Below, piece after piece: positions 18,763 to 29,999 of a DNA stretch of 64,000 bases. Position 1 is the first letter of the stretch. Every line of letters begins with the position of its first letter. A program made the position numbers and the translations under genes. The notes beneath the pieces were generated by a model. The model was not told the origin of the DNA, did not search any database, and was given only the letters and a program-made list of their open reading frames with translations. The stretch is taken from the NCBI GenBank assembly GCA_965221775.1, contig CBDCSU010000005.1, positions 32,001 to 96,000 on the forward strand, read 5' to 3'. This stretch comes from Candidatus Latescibacterota bacterium. GTDB taxonomy: Bacteria > Latescibacterota > UBA2968 > UBA8231.

Positions 18763-19998
18763 TTAGAGGAGGATCTCTCGCCCCTGGAGGAAGACGCGCT
18801 CCACGCGGAGCCCCTCGTCGAGGACGAGCAGGTCGGCGGTCTTGCCCGCCTCGAGGCTGCCGACGCGGGCGTCGATCCCGAGGATCCGCGCCGGCGTGAG
18901 GGAGGCCATGCGCACCACCTCGGCCAGGGGCGCGCCGGTCAGTTGGCGGAAGGTCCGCACCATGTGGTCCATGCCCTGGCACGACGAGGCCGGACCGCCG
19001 CCGTCCGGCGTCAGGCAGACGTCGCCGCGGCGCACGAAGGGCTCGCCGCCGGCCTCGGGGCCGAAGCGGTACTCGCCGTCGGGCCGGTCGAGGGCGCGGT
19101 TGCAGTCGGTCACCAGGGCGAGGCGCTCCGGCCCCTTGATCTTGTACGCCAGGCGCAGGAGTCCGGCGTCGAGATGGACGCCGTCGGCGATCACCTCGGT
19201 GGACAGCCCGTCGAGGAGCAGGGCCGCCTCGAGCACGCCGGCGCGCATCGGCCAGGGCTCCCGGCGGCGCAGCTTGGTCTTGTCCGACATGGCGCAGAAC
19301 AGGTGGTCCACGTGGGCCACACCCCAGGGCAGGCTGGCCTCCACCTGCGCCAGGGTGGCGTTGGAGTGGCCGGCGTGGAGCCGGATGCCCCGCCCCCGGG
19401 CGGCGCGGGCGAAGGCCTCGGCGCCGGGCAGTTCCGGGGCCACGGTGGCGCAGGCGATGGCGCCGCCCTCGGGCAGCCCGCCGAAGGCGAGATACGCCTC
19501 GAACTCCCCCGGCCGCGGCGGGCGCAGAGGGCCGGCCGGGTGGCAGCCCTGGGCCCCGGGGCCGAAGTAGGGGCCGTAGAAGTGGGCCCCCGCCACGCGG
19601 CTGCCGGCGCCGGAGCCTTCGCCGAAGAGACCGAATCCGCCGCTCGCGGCGGCCCGGGCGCAGACCCGCAGGGCCGCGAGGATCTGCTCGTGGAGGGCCA
19701 CTGTCGTCGTCGGAGCCACGGTGGTGGTGCCGTGGCGCAGATGGGCTCGCAGGACGGTGCGGAAGGCCGCGGCGGTGCCGTCCATGAAGTCGGCGCCCCC
19801 GCCGCCGTGACAGTGGAGGTCGACGTACCCGGGGGCGACCAGCCGGCCGTCGAGGTCGATCTCGGCGGCTCCCCTCGAGGCCTCCTTGTCGGCGGCGGGA
19901 CCGGCGGCGGCGATACGGCCGGCCGCGTCGACGAGGAGGCCGCCCTCCTCGACGCGGTCGGGCAGGATCAGGGAGCCGCCGCGCAGCAGCGAGGGCAT
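18763..19998 (-). CDS. nagA: N-acetylglucosamine-6-phosphate deacetylase-like amidohydrolase
   Basis: PGYVDLHCHGGGG, TVAPE, GHSNAT, HLFCAM, IADGVH, VTD, ASLTPA. Confidence 0.78.
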   Translation of the reverse strand: MPSLLRGGSLILPDRVEEGGLLVDAAGRIAAAGPAADKEASRGAAEIDLDGRLVAPGYVDLHCHGGGGADFMDGTAAAFRTVLRAHLRHGTTTVAPTTTVALHEQILAALRVCARAAASGGFGLFGEGSGAGSRVAGAHFYGPYFGPGAQGCHPAGPLRPPRPGEFEAYLAFGGLPEGGAIACATVAPELPGAEAFARAARGRGIRLHAGHSNATLAQVEASLPWGVAHVDHLFCAMSDKTKLRRREPWPMRAGVLEAALLLDGLSTEVIADGVHLDAGLLRLAYKIKGPERLALVTDCNRALDRPDGEYRFGPEAGGEPFVRRGDVCLTPDGGGPASSCQGMDHMVRTFRQLTGAPLAEVVRMASLTPARILGIDARVGSLEAGKTADLLVLDEGLRVERVFLQGREILL

Positions 19999-19999
19999 C

Positions 20000-21196
20000 T
20001 CAGGCGAGGCCGCAGAAGCCGGCCGCCGCCAAGGCGTAGACGCGGGCGCAGCGGCCCAGCTGCGCCGCCGAGACGCGCTCGCCGTCGGAGTGGGCGGTCT
20101 CGTGGGCGGGCCCGTAGTAGACGGTGGGCACGCCGCCGTCGTTGGCGTAGAGATTGGCGTCCCCCACCAGCCCCATGCCGACGGTCTCCGGTCGTTCGCC
20201 GTTGACGCTCTCGCCGGCGCCGAGGAGGGCCTCCACCACCGGGTGCCCGGCGGGCGTCTCGAAGGGCTCCCGGTCGTTGGTCAGCTCCACCTCGAAGCGC
20301 AGACCCGAGGCGGCGGCCAGCTCACCGCAGACCGCCGACAGCTCGGCCTCGGCCTCGGCGCGGGTGGTGCCCGGCATCCACCGGAGGGTGCCGGTCACCT
20401 GCCACTCCACCGGCAGGCGGTTGAACCAGTCGCCGGCGCGCACCATGCCGACGTTGAGCTGCTGGCGGCCGCACAGGGGGTGGTGGCGCCCGGCTTCGTA
20501 CCCGGCCTCCAGGCGGTCCAGCTCCGACAGCAGGGGGCCGAGCCAGCGCGCCGGGTTCTCCCGCCAGGGGACCTTGATCGTGTGGACCGGCTCGCGGTCG
20601 GCGAAGGCCCTCACCGTGAACAGGGCCGAGCCGAGGCTCGCCGCCCACACGGCGAAAGGCCCTTCCACGATGATCACCGCCTCGGCCGGCACGCGGCCGG
20701 AGCGGAAGTGCTCGATCAGCCGGCGCGGCCCCTCCTTGCGGCCCACGGGCGTCTCGTGGCCGACGACGCCGGTGAGCCACAAATCGCCGGCGAGCCCGAC
20801 CCCGGCGCGGCGCAGGGCGGCGGCGCCGTGGACCATGGCCGAGAGGCCGCCCTTCATGTCCTCGGCGCCGCGGCCGAGGATCCAGCCGCCGTCGCGTCCC
20901 GGGCCGTGGCAGCCGCCCACGGGGATCGTGTCGGTGTGGCCGTTGAAGGCGAGGGTGCGTCCGCCGCCGGCTCCCTCGAGGCGCGCGTACACGTTCGGCC
21001 GGCCGGGGAGGAACTCGTCGACCTCGACCTCGAACCCCTCCCGGCGCAGCAGACCCTCGAGGAAGCGGCTCCCCTCCCCCTCCTCCCCGGTCTCGCTCAC
21101 CACCTCGATGAAGGCCAGGGTGTCGGCCGCCAGGGCCTCCTCGTCCACGGCGGCGGCGACGGCGGCCTGCTGCCCGGGCGTCAGGGAGTGGTTCAC
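20000..21196 (-). CDS. M20 family metallopeptidase/deacylase (ArgE/DapE-like)
   Basis: FNGHTDT, GRGAEDMKGG, GHET, YGP...AHSDGE. Confidence 0.88.
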   Translation of the reverse strand: MNHSLTPGQQAAVAAAVDEEALAADTLAFIEVVSETGEEGEGSRFLEGLLRREGFEVEVDEFLPGRPNVYARLEGAGGGRTLAFNGHTDTIPVGGCHGPGRDGGWILGRGAEDMKGGLSAMVHGAAALRRAGVGLAGDLWLTGVVGHETPVGRKEGPRRLIEHFRSGRVPAEAVIIVEGPFAVWAASLGSALFTVRAFADREPVHTIKVPWRENPARWLGPLLSELDRLEAGYEAGRHHPLCGRQQLNVGMVRAGDWFNRLPVEWQVTGTLRWMPGTTRAEAEAELSAVCGELAAASGLRFEVELTNDREPFETPAGHPVVEALLGAGESVNGERPETVGMGLVGDANLYANDGGVPTVYYGPAHETAHSDGERVSAAQLGRCARVYALAAAGFCGLA

Positions 21197-21924
21197 GCCG
21201 GCCTCCCGGCCCCGTGCGGGGCTCCTGCGCCCGGCGGGCGACGGCGGCGCGCCGCCTCGAAGCGGGCGACGATCTCGTCGCTGCCGTTGATGCTGCCGCG
21301 CAGCCAGCGCAGGAGCAGCTCCTCGCGCTCCGACTCTCCCAGGCGCCACTCAGCGGCCCCCAGGCGCAGCCGGCGCGTCAGCTCGCGCAGCACGAGGGCG
21401 GCGCTCACCGAGATGTTGAGGCTCTCCGTGAAGCCCACCATGGGGATGCGGACCCGCTCGGCGCAGCGGCCCAGGGCCTCCTCGGTGAGCCCCTCCAGCT
21501 CGGTGCCGAAGAGCACCGCCGCCGGCCCCGCGCAGGGGTCGAAGTCGTCCACCGAGGCCGCATCCGCCGCCGGCGTGGCCGCCACCAGCCGGTAGCCCCG
21601 CGCCGCCAGCGCGTCGCAGCAGCGGCCGATGGCCGCGCCTTCCCCCGCCTGCCAGCGGACCACGTCGAGCCACCGGGCGGCGCCGAGGGCGACGTCGCGG
21701 CTGACGCGGAACTCGTTGCGCTCCTCCACCACGTGCACCTCCTGGACGCCGAAGCACTCGCAGGAGCGCAGGACGGCGCTGGCGTTGTGGGGCTGGTAGA
21801 CCTCCTCGAGGACGGCGGTGATCCAGCGCGTGCGCCCGGCCAGCACCGCCCGCATGCGGCGCAGGCGGCGCGGGGTGACGTGCCGCGAGAGATGCTCCAC
21901 CAGCCCGGCGCTCTCGGGTGCCAT
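21193..21924 (-). CDS. trmH: tRNA (guanosine-2'-O)-methyltransferase, TrmH/SpoU family
   Basis: PHNASAVLRSCECFG, FGTELEG, IPMVGFTESLNISV. Confidence 0.88.
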   Translation of the reverse strand: MAPESAGLVEHLSRHVTPRRLRRMRAVLAGRTRWITAVLEEVYQPHNASAVLRSCECFGVQEVHVVEERNEFRVSRDVALGAARWLDVVRWQAGEGAAIGRCCDALAARGYRLVAATPAADAASVDDFDPCAGPAAVLFGTELEGLTEEALGRCAERVRIPMVGFTESLNISVSAALVLRELTRRLRLGAAEWRLGESEREELLLRWLRGSINGSDEIVARFEAARRRRPPGAGAPHGAGRPA

Positions 21925-22013
21925 GGCAAGAGAGTAGGCAACCGCCGGAGGGTCACCAACCGGGGGGCGGGGCCTGCTGGCCGCGCCCCTCATCGGCCGT
22001 TATGGTACCTGTC

Positions 22014-22721
22014 ATGTGCGGGCGCTTCACCCTCCACCACGGTACCGAGGAGCTGACGGAACGGTTCGCCGTGGAGCAGGCCCTGCTGGACCTGAAGCCG
22101 CGCTACAACATCGCCCCCAGCCAGCCGGTGGCCGCCGTGATCCAGCGCGAGAGCCGGGTCCTGGTGGAGCTGCAGTGGGGGCTGGTGCCGTCCTGGGCCC
22201 GGGACCCGGCCGTGGGCCACCGCATGATCAACGCCCGCGCCGAGTCGGCGGCCACTCGCCCCGCCTTCCGCAACGCCTTCGCCCGCGGGCGCTGCCTGAT
22301 CCCGGCCAGCGGCTGGTTCGAGTGGAAGCGCCGGGGCCGCCAGCGCATCCCCATGCTGCTGCGGCGGCGGGGCGGCGAGCCTATGGCCCTGGCCGGGCTC
22401 TACGAACGCTGGAAGAGATCGGACGACGCCGTCCTGCGCACCTGCGCCATCCTCACCACCGGGCCCGAGGAGGTGGCCGCCGCGGTCCACGACCGCATGC
22501 CGGCGGTGCTGACGCCGGAGGCCTGCGAGGTCTGGCTCGACCGCCAGATCGAGGACGCGGAGAGCCTGGCGCGCCTGCTGCGGCCCTACCCCCTCGGCGA
22601 CCTGGTGGCCCACCCGGTGTCACCGCGGGTGAACCGGCCCGACGAGGACGACCCCTCCCTGATCGAGGAGGTGGAACCGCCGGCGGCCGAGGACCACGGC
22701 CAGCTCGCCCTGGGGCTGTAG
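22014..22721 (+). CDS. SOS response-associated peptidase (SRAP/YedK/HMCES), abasic-site crosslinking protein
   Basis: MCGRF N-terminus, RYNIAPSQ, WGLVP, INARAE, HDRMP. Confidence 0.95.
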   Translation: MCGRFTLHHGTEELTERFAVEQALLDLKPRYNIAPSQPVAAVIQRESRVLVELQWGLVPSWARDPAVGHRMINARAESAATRPAFRNAFARGRCLIPASGWFEWKRRGRQRIPMLLRRRGGEPMALAGLYERWKRSDDAVLRTCAILTTGPEEVAAAVHDRMPAVLTPEACEVWLDRQIEDAESLARLLRPYPLGDLVAHPVSPRVNRPDEDDPSLIEEVEPPAAEDHGQLALGL

Positions 22722-22727
22722 ACCGCC

Positions 22728-22868
22728 ATGCCCGCGATCCTGGACCACCCCGTCGTCGTCTTCCTGGCCGCCCTGCTCGTGGGCTGGTTCCTGCTGCGGG
22801 ACACGGTGGGCGCCATCCTCGGCCTGGTCCGGTCGGCCTGGCGGACCTGCTTCCGTTCCCGCCGCTGA
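22728..22868 (+). CDS. 46-aa single-TM small protein
   Basis: MPAILDHPVVVFLAALLVGWFLLRDTVGAILGLVRSAWRTCFRSRR; starts 6 nt after the SRAP stop, GC3-rich codons. Confidence 0.55.
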   Translation: MPAILDHPVVVFLAALLVGWFLLRDTVGAILGLVRSAWRTCFRSRR

Positions 22869-22939
22869 GAGCCGCCCCGGGCCGGCGGTCCACCCGCCCG
22901 GACCCCGCCCTCGTCGTCAGGGGCGGCGTCCGCCCCGCG

Positions 22940-23413
22940 TCACTGGGCGGCGCCGACCAGGGCCTTGATCCGCGCCCAGGCCGCCCTGTGGACAGCCGTG
23001 GACACCGCCTCGGGAGGGTGGCTCTCCGGGTCGGCGGGATCGGTGACCAGGGCGGCGTCGCCGGGGGGATCGTCCCCGGCCGTCCAGCTCCCTTCGGGAT
23101 CGCCGAGCTCCTCGCCGTTGGTGAAGCCGTCGCCGTCGGAGTCGAGGGCGGCCAGCTCCGGCGTCCAGAAGACCTCGCGGCCGTTGACCGTGACCAGGGC
23201 CTCCACGTCGAGGCCGAACCCGTTGCGCGGGCTGCCGCCGCCGGAGAGGTGGCAGAGGTTGCAGCCGGCGCCCACCGCCTCGGCGTTGGGCAGCATGTTG
23301 CCCCGGAAGCCGCGGGCCTCGGCGGCTTCGGTCCACGGGCCGCCGGACCACAGGCCGGCGGCCGCGAGGACGGCCGCCAGCAGAGCGGGGATTCTCCTGC
23401 TTCCTGGATTCAT
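22940..23413 (-). CDS. Secreted temptin-like protein with a CxxCH motif and C-terminal 'STAV..W..IK' tail
   Basis: Signal peptide; LPN...[18 protein letters not shown]...[24 protein letters not shown]. Confidence 0.72.
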   Translation of the reverse strand: MNPGSRRIPALLAAVLAAAGLWSGGPWTEAAEARGFRGNMLPNAEAVGAGCNLCHLSGGGSPRNGFGLDVEALVTVNGREVFWTPELAALDSDGDGFTNGEELGDPEGSWTAGDDPPGDAALVTDPADPESHPPEAVSTAVHRAAWARIKALVGAAQ

Positions 23414-24075
23414 GACTCCTCCTCCTGTCGGGCGGCCCACAGAAGGCCGCGGCGCTGGATCTCCCGGGCCTCGGGCACCTCGAAGTCGGCGGCCACGTGC
23501 CCCAGGGATGAGAAGAACACCCTCCCTTCGCCCCAGACCCGCTTCCAGACCACGGGCATCACCGTGCCGTTGACCCAAGGGGCGCTGCGGGTGTCGAAGG
23601 TCGTCGTGGCCAGCACATCGTTGCCGGGATCGACGTGCATGTAGTACTGCTCCGAGTGCATGCGGAAGTCGCCGAGGCCGCGGACGACGGGATCGTCCGG
23701 GGCGGTGATGTCGACGGTGTAGTCCTTGACGCCGTCGGGATGGCCGACGAACTGGCCCCCCGTCATCATCTGGTAGCCGCAGTTGTTGCGGAAGGCGTCG
23801 CACATGCCGCCGTGCCAGCCCCCCAGGCCGACGCCGCCCTCCACCGCCTGCAGCAGCCCCCTCTCCTGATCGCCGTCGATGTCGCCCATCGTCCAGCAGG
23901 GCACCACGAGGCTCAGCGAGCCCATGAGGTCGGCGTCGAGGTAGCTGTCCATGGTGTCGGACAGGATCACCTCCAGGCCGGCCTCCTGCAGCAGCGGCGC
24001 GAAGATGTCGACGCACTCCTTCGGCTGGTGACCGTTCCAGCCTCCGTAGACCATCAGGACCCTGGCCTGGGGCAT
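23410..24075 (-). CDS. ThuA-like (trehalose utilization) domain protein
   Basis: [47 protein letters not shown]. Confidence 0.9.
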   Translation of the reverse strand: MPQARVLMVYGGWNGHQPKECVDIFAPLLQEAGLEVILSDTMDSYLDADLMGSLSLVVPCWTMGDIDGDQERGLLQAVEGGVGLGGWHGGMCDAFRNNCGYQMMTGGQFVGHPDGVKDYTVDITAPDDPVVRGLGDFRMHSEQYYMHVDPGNDVLATTTFDTRSAPWVNGTVMPVVWKRVWGEGRVFFSSLGHVAADFEVPEAREIQRRGLLWAARQEEES

Positions 24076-24134
24076 CCGAGCTTCCTCCTGTTACGGATGG
24101 TGCGGTTGGGCGACGGGCCCGTCGCCCCGCCGCT

Positions 24135-25958
<1,824 letters not shown>

Positions 25959-25963
25959 CGTCC

Positions 25964-27409
25964 TCACCCGGCGGCCGCCACGCCCCGCCTCTCCTCGAGC
26001 TGCCTGCGGACCTCGTAGGCCTTCTCCTCGGTGAGGGTGTGGGTGGCGATCGCCCAGATGGCCAGCGCCGAGCTGACCATGGGCACGATCACGTCGAAGA
26101 GGCGCATGAGGAAGATGGTGCGCGCCGTCTGCGCCCCCTCGAGGGCGACGTCGAAGCCGGTGGCGTTGAGCAGCACGCCGCCGCCGGCCAGGGCCAGGGC
26201 CATGCCCAGCTTCACCACCCACCAGAAGATGGAGCCGAACATGCCCTCGCGGCGCTCGTGGGTCTCCAGCTCGTCGAGGTCGCAGACGTCGGCGATCATC
26301 GACGGCATGACGGTGAACAGGCAGCCGAGGCCGAAGGCGATGAAGGGGGTGGGCAGCAGCAGCAGCATGGGATGGGCCGGGTCGTAGCAGACCCACTTCA
26401 TCCCGTAGCCGAGGATGGAGACGCCGATGCAGACGAAGAAGGTCTGACGCTTGCCGATGCGGGTGCCGAGCCAGGTGACGAAGGTGATGACCACGAAGGT
26501 CGAGACCGCCGCCAGGGTGCCGGACCAGCCCGCGTATTGAGCGCCCAGGGACTGGTCCCCGGAGAACACGTAGTAGATGATGACGTAGGCCTGGAAGGAA
26601 GCGACCAGGATGAAGCCGTTGAAGACCAGGAAGGTGGCGGCGCAGAGCTTGAGGAAGGGCCGGAACTTCAGGGTCGCCAGGAAGCCCTGGAAGAACCGGG
26701 CCATGCTGTGGCGGAATCCGGAAGCCCCCTCCTCCGCCTCGGCGGCGGCGACCTCCTTGAAGCGCTCGCGCAGGAAGATCGCCGGCAGCACGCCGACGGC
26801 GATGGTGAACACGCCGATCGCCACCGACAGGCCGGCGGCGCCGGCCACCAGATCGTCGAAGAGCGGCTCGTACTGCATGACCCACAGGAACCACGGGGTC
26901 ACCACGTAGGCGAGCTGACCGATGAAGTTCTGCACCCCCATGAGGCGGGTGCGCTCGTGGTAGTCGGGGGTCAGCTCGTAGCCGAGGGCGACCCAGGGCG
27001 TGGCGAAGATGGTGTACCCGAGGTAGAACAGCAGCGAGCCGACGAGGAAGTAGACGAAGTAGAAGCCCTCGCTCTGGCCCCGGGGCAGCTGCCACAGCAG
27101 GATGAAGAGCAGCCCGGCGCCGATCGCCCCGGCGAAGATCCAGGGCCGGCGCCGGCCCCAGCGCGACCGGGTGTGGTCGGTGATGTAGCCCATGAGCGGG
27201 TCGGTGAGGGCGTCGGTCAGCCGCGGCAGGGCGCCGAGGAGGCCCACGAGGGCGGGGTTCATGCCCAGGCCGAGGTTGAGGACGATGGTCATGCCGCCGA
27301 TCGCCCCGGCCAGCAGGTTGTTGACGAAGGCGCCGAGGCCGTAGGCCACCTTCTGGGGGAAGGGGATCCGGTCTTCCGGCGCCGTCCGGCGGTGTGGCTC
27401 GGCGCTCAT
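25964..27409 (-). CDS. MFS glycoside-pentoside-hexuronide (GPH) sugar transporter
   Basis: KVAYGLG, DALTDPLMGYITD, WGRRRPW, SMIADVCD, RREGMF. Confidence 0.93.
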   Translation of the reverse strand: MSAEPHRRTAPEDRIPFPQKVAYGLGAFVNNLLAGAIGGMTIVLNLGLGMNPALVGLLGALPRLTDALTDPLMGYITDHTRSRWGRRRPWIFAGAIGAGLLFILLWQLPRGQSEGFYFVYFLVGSLLFYLGYTIFATPWVALGYELTPDYHERTRLMGVQNFIGQLAYVVTPWFLWVMQYEPLFDDLVAGAAGLSVAIGVFTIAVGVLPAIFLRERFKEVAAAEAEEGASGFRHSMARFFQGFLATLKFRPFLKLCAATFLVFNGFILVASFQAYVIIYYVFSGDQSLGAQYAGWSGTLAAVSTFVVITFVTWLGTRIGKRQTFFVCIGVSILGYGMKWVCYDPAHPMLLLLPTPFIAFGLGCLFTVMPSMIADVCDLDELETHERREGMFGSIFWWVVKLGMALALAGGGVLLNATGFDVALEGAQTARTIFLMRLFDVIVPMVSSALAIWAIATHTLTEEKAYEVRRQLEERRGVAAAG

Positions 27410-28230
27410 TCCCCGGCTCGCTGGTAGACGCGCACGTAGTCGACGAGCATCGTGCTCGGGAACACGGTGGCGGCGTCGGGATCGCCGACGAAGCCGCCGC
27501 CCACGGCGACATTGAGGAGGAGGAAGAAGGGGTGGTCGAAGACCCACTCGGCCCCCTCGGGCAGGTCCGCCGGGGTCACCTCGTGGTACTGGAAGTCGTC
27601 GACGTACCAGCGGATCCGGTCCGCCTGCCAGTCTACGGCGAAGAGGCGGAAGCGCCCCGCCAGGCCGCCGCCGACGGCGGTCTCCGTGCCCACGCCCCCC
27701 GCCCCCGAGTAGCCGGGCCCGTGGACGGTGCCCAGCACCACCGCCGGATGCTGGCCGCGGAACTCCATGACGTCGATCTCGCCGCAGGCCGGCCAGCCGG
27801 CCGAGTCGATGTCGTTGCCGAGAAGCCAGAAGGCCGGCCAGATCCCCTGGCCCTCCGGCAGCAGGATGCGCGCCTCGAAGCGGCCGTACGCCGCCTCGAA
27901 CAGCCCCTGGGTCTTGATCCGCGCCGAGGTGTAGCGGTTGCCGCCGAAGCTCTCCCGCCGGGCGGTGATGGCCAGGCGGCCCTCGCCGTCGAGGGAGGCG
28001 TTCTCGGGCCGGCCGGTGTTGTGCTCGAGCTGCTGGTTGCCCCAGCCGTGGCCGCCGACGTCGAAGCGCCAGCGCTCCGGATCGGGAAGGGTGCCCGCCG
28101 GGCCCTCGAACTCGTCGGACCAGACCAGCTCCAGGGCCGCTTCGGCGCCGCCGCCGGCGGACGGGCCGGACTCGCCGGCGCAGGCCGCCAGGACGGCGGC
28201 GGCGGCCAGGGTGAGGTTCCTGCGGACCAT
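27406..28230 (-). CDS. GH16 beta-1,3-glucanase (laminarinase-type) lipoprotein
   Basis: Lipobox LAAC, WSDEF, YTSARI, GIWPAFW, GEIDVME catalytic motif, LLNVAVGG. Confidence 0.95.
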   Translation of the reverse strand: MVRRNLTLAAAAVLAACAGESGPSAGGGAEAALELVWSDEFEGPAGTLPDPERWRFDVGGHGWGNQQLEHNTGRPENASLDGEGRLAITARRESFGGNRYTSARIKTQGLFEAAYGRFEARILLPEGQGIWPAFWLLGNDIDSAGWPACGEIDVMEFRGQHPAVVLGTVHGPGYSGAGGVGTETAVGGGLAGRFRLFAVDWQADRIRWYVDDFQYHEVTPADLPEGAEWVFDHPFFLLLNVAVGGGFVGDPDAATVFPSTMLVDYVRVYQRAGE

Positions 28231-28259
28231 GGGCGTAAGGGCTTGCGGTCCGCCGCGGG

Positions 28260-29426
28260 CTACTCGGAGATGTAGACGCCGTCGACGAGGACGAAGTCGC
28301 CGGCCGCCGCCTTCGGACCTCCCAGCGACAGGGGCGAGGTCACCGCCGAAAGGTCCAGCCCCCGGGCGGCGAAGTCGGCCAGCGGGATCCGCAGGGAGTG
28401 CCACTCCCCGTCGGCGGCGTACCCGTAGTCGCCGGCGGGAACGATGTGGCGGTCGTCCGAGGCGCCGTTCATGCCGACTTCGATGACGGCGAAGCTCTCG
28501 GAGCGGAAGCTCACGTGCAGGCTCTTCCACCCGGACAGGTCGCGCGGCTCGCTCCAGTGCACGCCCATCCCCCACCAGTCGCCGCCGGCGTGGACCAGGC
28601 GGTGGGCCGCCTGTCCCTCCAGGGCTTCGTCGGTCTCCTGCATCGAGACCGTGTTGTCGTAGAGGTAGAGGTTCGCCGTGGTGTTGTCGATCTCCACCAC
28701 CTCCGAAGAGCTGCCCTCGTAGAACACGCCGATGCTCAGGCGGCGGCCGGCCTCCGCCGCGGCCGTGGTCCCCGGCGTCAGGTCGAAGTAGAGGTTGTCG
28801 ATGAGGACGAAGTCGCCGGCCTCCGCCTTGGCACCTCCCAGCGACAAGGGCGAGGTCACCGCCGCCAGGTCCAGCCCCCGGGCGGCGAAGTCGGCCAGCG
28901 GGATCTGCAGGGTGTGCCACTCGCCGTCGGCGGCGTACCCGTAGTCGCTGGCGCGCACCACGTGGCGGTCGTCCGACGCGCCGTTGAGGCCGATCTCTAC
29001 CTCGGGGAGACTCTCGGAGCGGAAGCTCACGTGCAGGCTCACCCACCCGGACAGGTCCCGGGGCTCGCTCCAGTGGAGGCCCATGCCCCACCAGTCGCCG
29101 CCGGCGTGGACCAGCCGGTGCGCCGCCCGGCCCTCCAGGGGCTCCTCCACCTCCTCCACCGAGACCGTGTTGTCGTAGAGGTACATGTGGGAGGTGGTGT
29201 TGTCGATCTCCACCAGCTCCGAGGATCCTCCCTCGTAGAAGGCGCCCACGGCCAGGCGCTGCTCGCCGGCCTCGAAGGGATCCGGCCCCGGCAGTCCGGG
29301 CTCCTCGCCGTCCACGGGGGTCACCGCCAGGTCGAAGCTCTCCTGGGACTCGTAGTCGGAGTCGTCCAGCCCCGACCGGCAGGCCGCCAGCAGCAGCAGC
29401 AGGAGCGCCAGGGCGCGGGCCGTCAT
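28260..29426 (-). CDS. Lipoprotein with two tandem carbohydrate-binding-like (galactose-binding fold) domains
   Basis: Lipobox LAAC; duplicated WWGMG.HW...DLSGW..LHVSFRS...DGEWH.L.IPLADF...D..Y. Confidence 0.75.
   Translation of the reverse strand: MTARALALLLLLLAACRSGLDDSDYESQESFDLAVTPVDGEEPGLPGPDPFEAGEQRLAVGAFYEGGSSELVEIDNTTSHMYLYDNTVSVEEVEEPLEGRAAHRLVHAGGDWWGMGLHWSEPRDLSGWVSLHVSFRSESLPEVEIGLNGASDDRHVVRASDYGYAADGEWHTLQIPLADFAARGLDLAAVTSPLSLGGAKAEAGDFVLIDNLYFDLTPGTTAAAEAGRRLSIGVFYEGSSSEVVEIDNTTANLYLYDNTVSMQETDEALEGQAAHRLVHAGGDWWGMGVHWSEPRDLSGWKSLHVSFRSESFAVIEVGMNGASDDRHIVPAGDYGYAADGEWHSLRIPLADFAARGLDLSAVTSPLSLGGPKAAAGDFVLVDGVYISE
28270..29261 (-). repeat. Intragenic tandem duplication, period 516 nt (172 aa)
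   Basis: Long identical blocks 516 nt apart, e.g. AGGACGAAGTCGCCGGC at ~28288 and ~28804. Confidence 0.9.
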
Positions 29427-29992
29427 CGCCTCACCGCCTTGTCGTTGCCGTGCGGGTCCTGGACCAGCAGCCAGCCGGCGGCGGGGGGCCCCCCGAGGTC
29501 GAGGATGCCGCGGTACGCCGCGGTCACCAGCTCGAAGGAGAAGGTGCCGGTGGCGTCCCAGCTGGCCGCGTCGGGGAAGTTGTCGAGGACCGACTGGTAG
29601 GCGGCCAGGGCCATCTCGCGCACCGCCGGCAGGTCCTGCTGCCGGGCCAGGCCCCGCGTCCAGATGCGGCCGAGGTTGACGGCGACGTAGTACTGGTGCT
29701 CGCCGGTGGGCTCGTTGGCCAGCCAGGTGGCCCAGCTGTAGTAGGCGGCCACGGCGTTTCCCGTGCTCTCGATGGCCCACTTGGTCTCCGGCCCGCTGGA
29801 GGCGCGGGCGAAGGGGTTGCCGGGGTCGTCGAGGACGGCCTTGCTCGGGTGGATGCCGGCGCTCTCGTCGAAGAGCCGCAGCGGCTCCTCGCTCATGGGG
29901 CTGCCGTAGCGGAAGGGGCCCGGCTCGGAGCAGCCGGCAGCCAGCAGCACCGGAAGAAGGGCCAGCAGCGGGATGGCGCTCGTGGGTCTCAT
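29423..29992 (-). CDS. Lipoprotein of unknown function in the glucan locus
   Basis: Lipobox AAGC; GIHPSKAVLDDPGNPF, WATWLA.EPTGEHQYY. Confidence 0.75.
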   Translation of the reverse strand: MRPTSAIPLLALLPVLLAAGCSEPGPFRYGSPMSEEPLRLFDESAGIHPSKAVLDDPGNPFARASSGPETKWAIESTGNAVAAYYSWATWLANEPTGEHQYYVAVNLGRIWTRGLARQQDLPAVREMALAAYQSVLDNFPDAASWDATGTFSFELVTAAYRGILDLGGPPAAGWLLVQDPHGNDKAVRR

Positions 29993-29999
29993 GCTCGCC

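Noticed and set aside
21918-22721. SRAP as a marker of a prophage or mutagenesis cassette
   Set aside because: The neighbours are trmH and metabolic genes; no imuABC/umuDC, integrase or phage genes in the window
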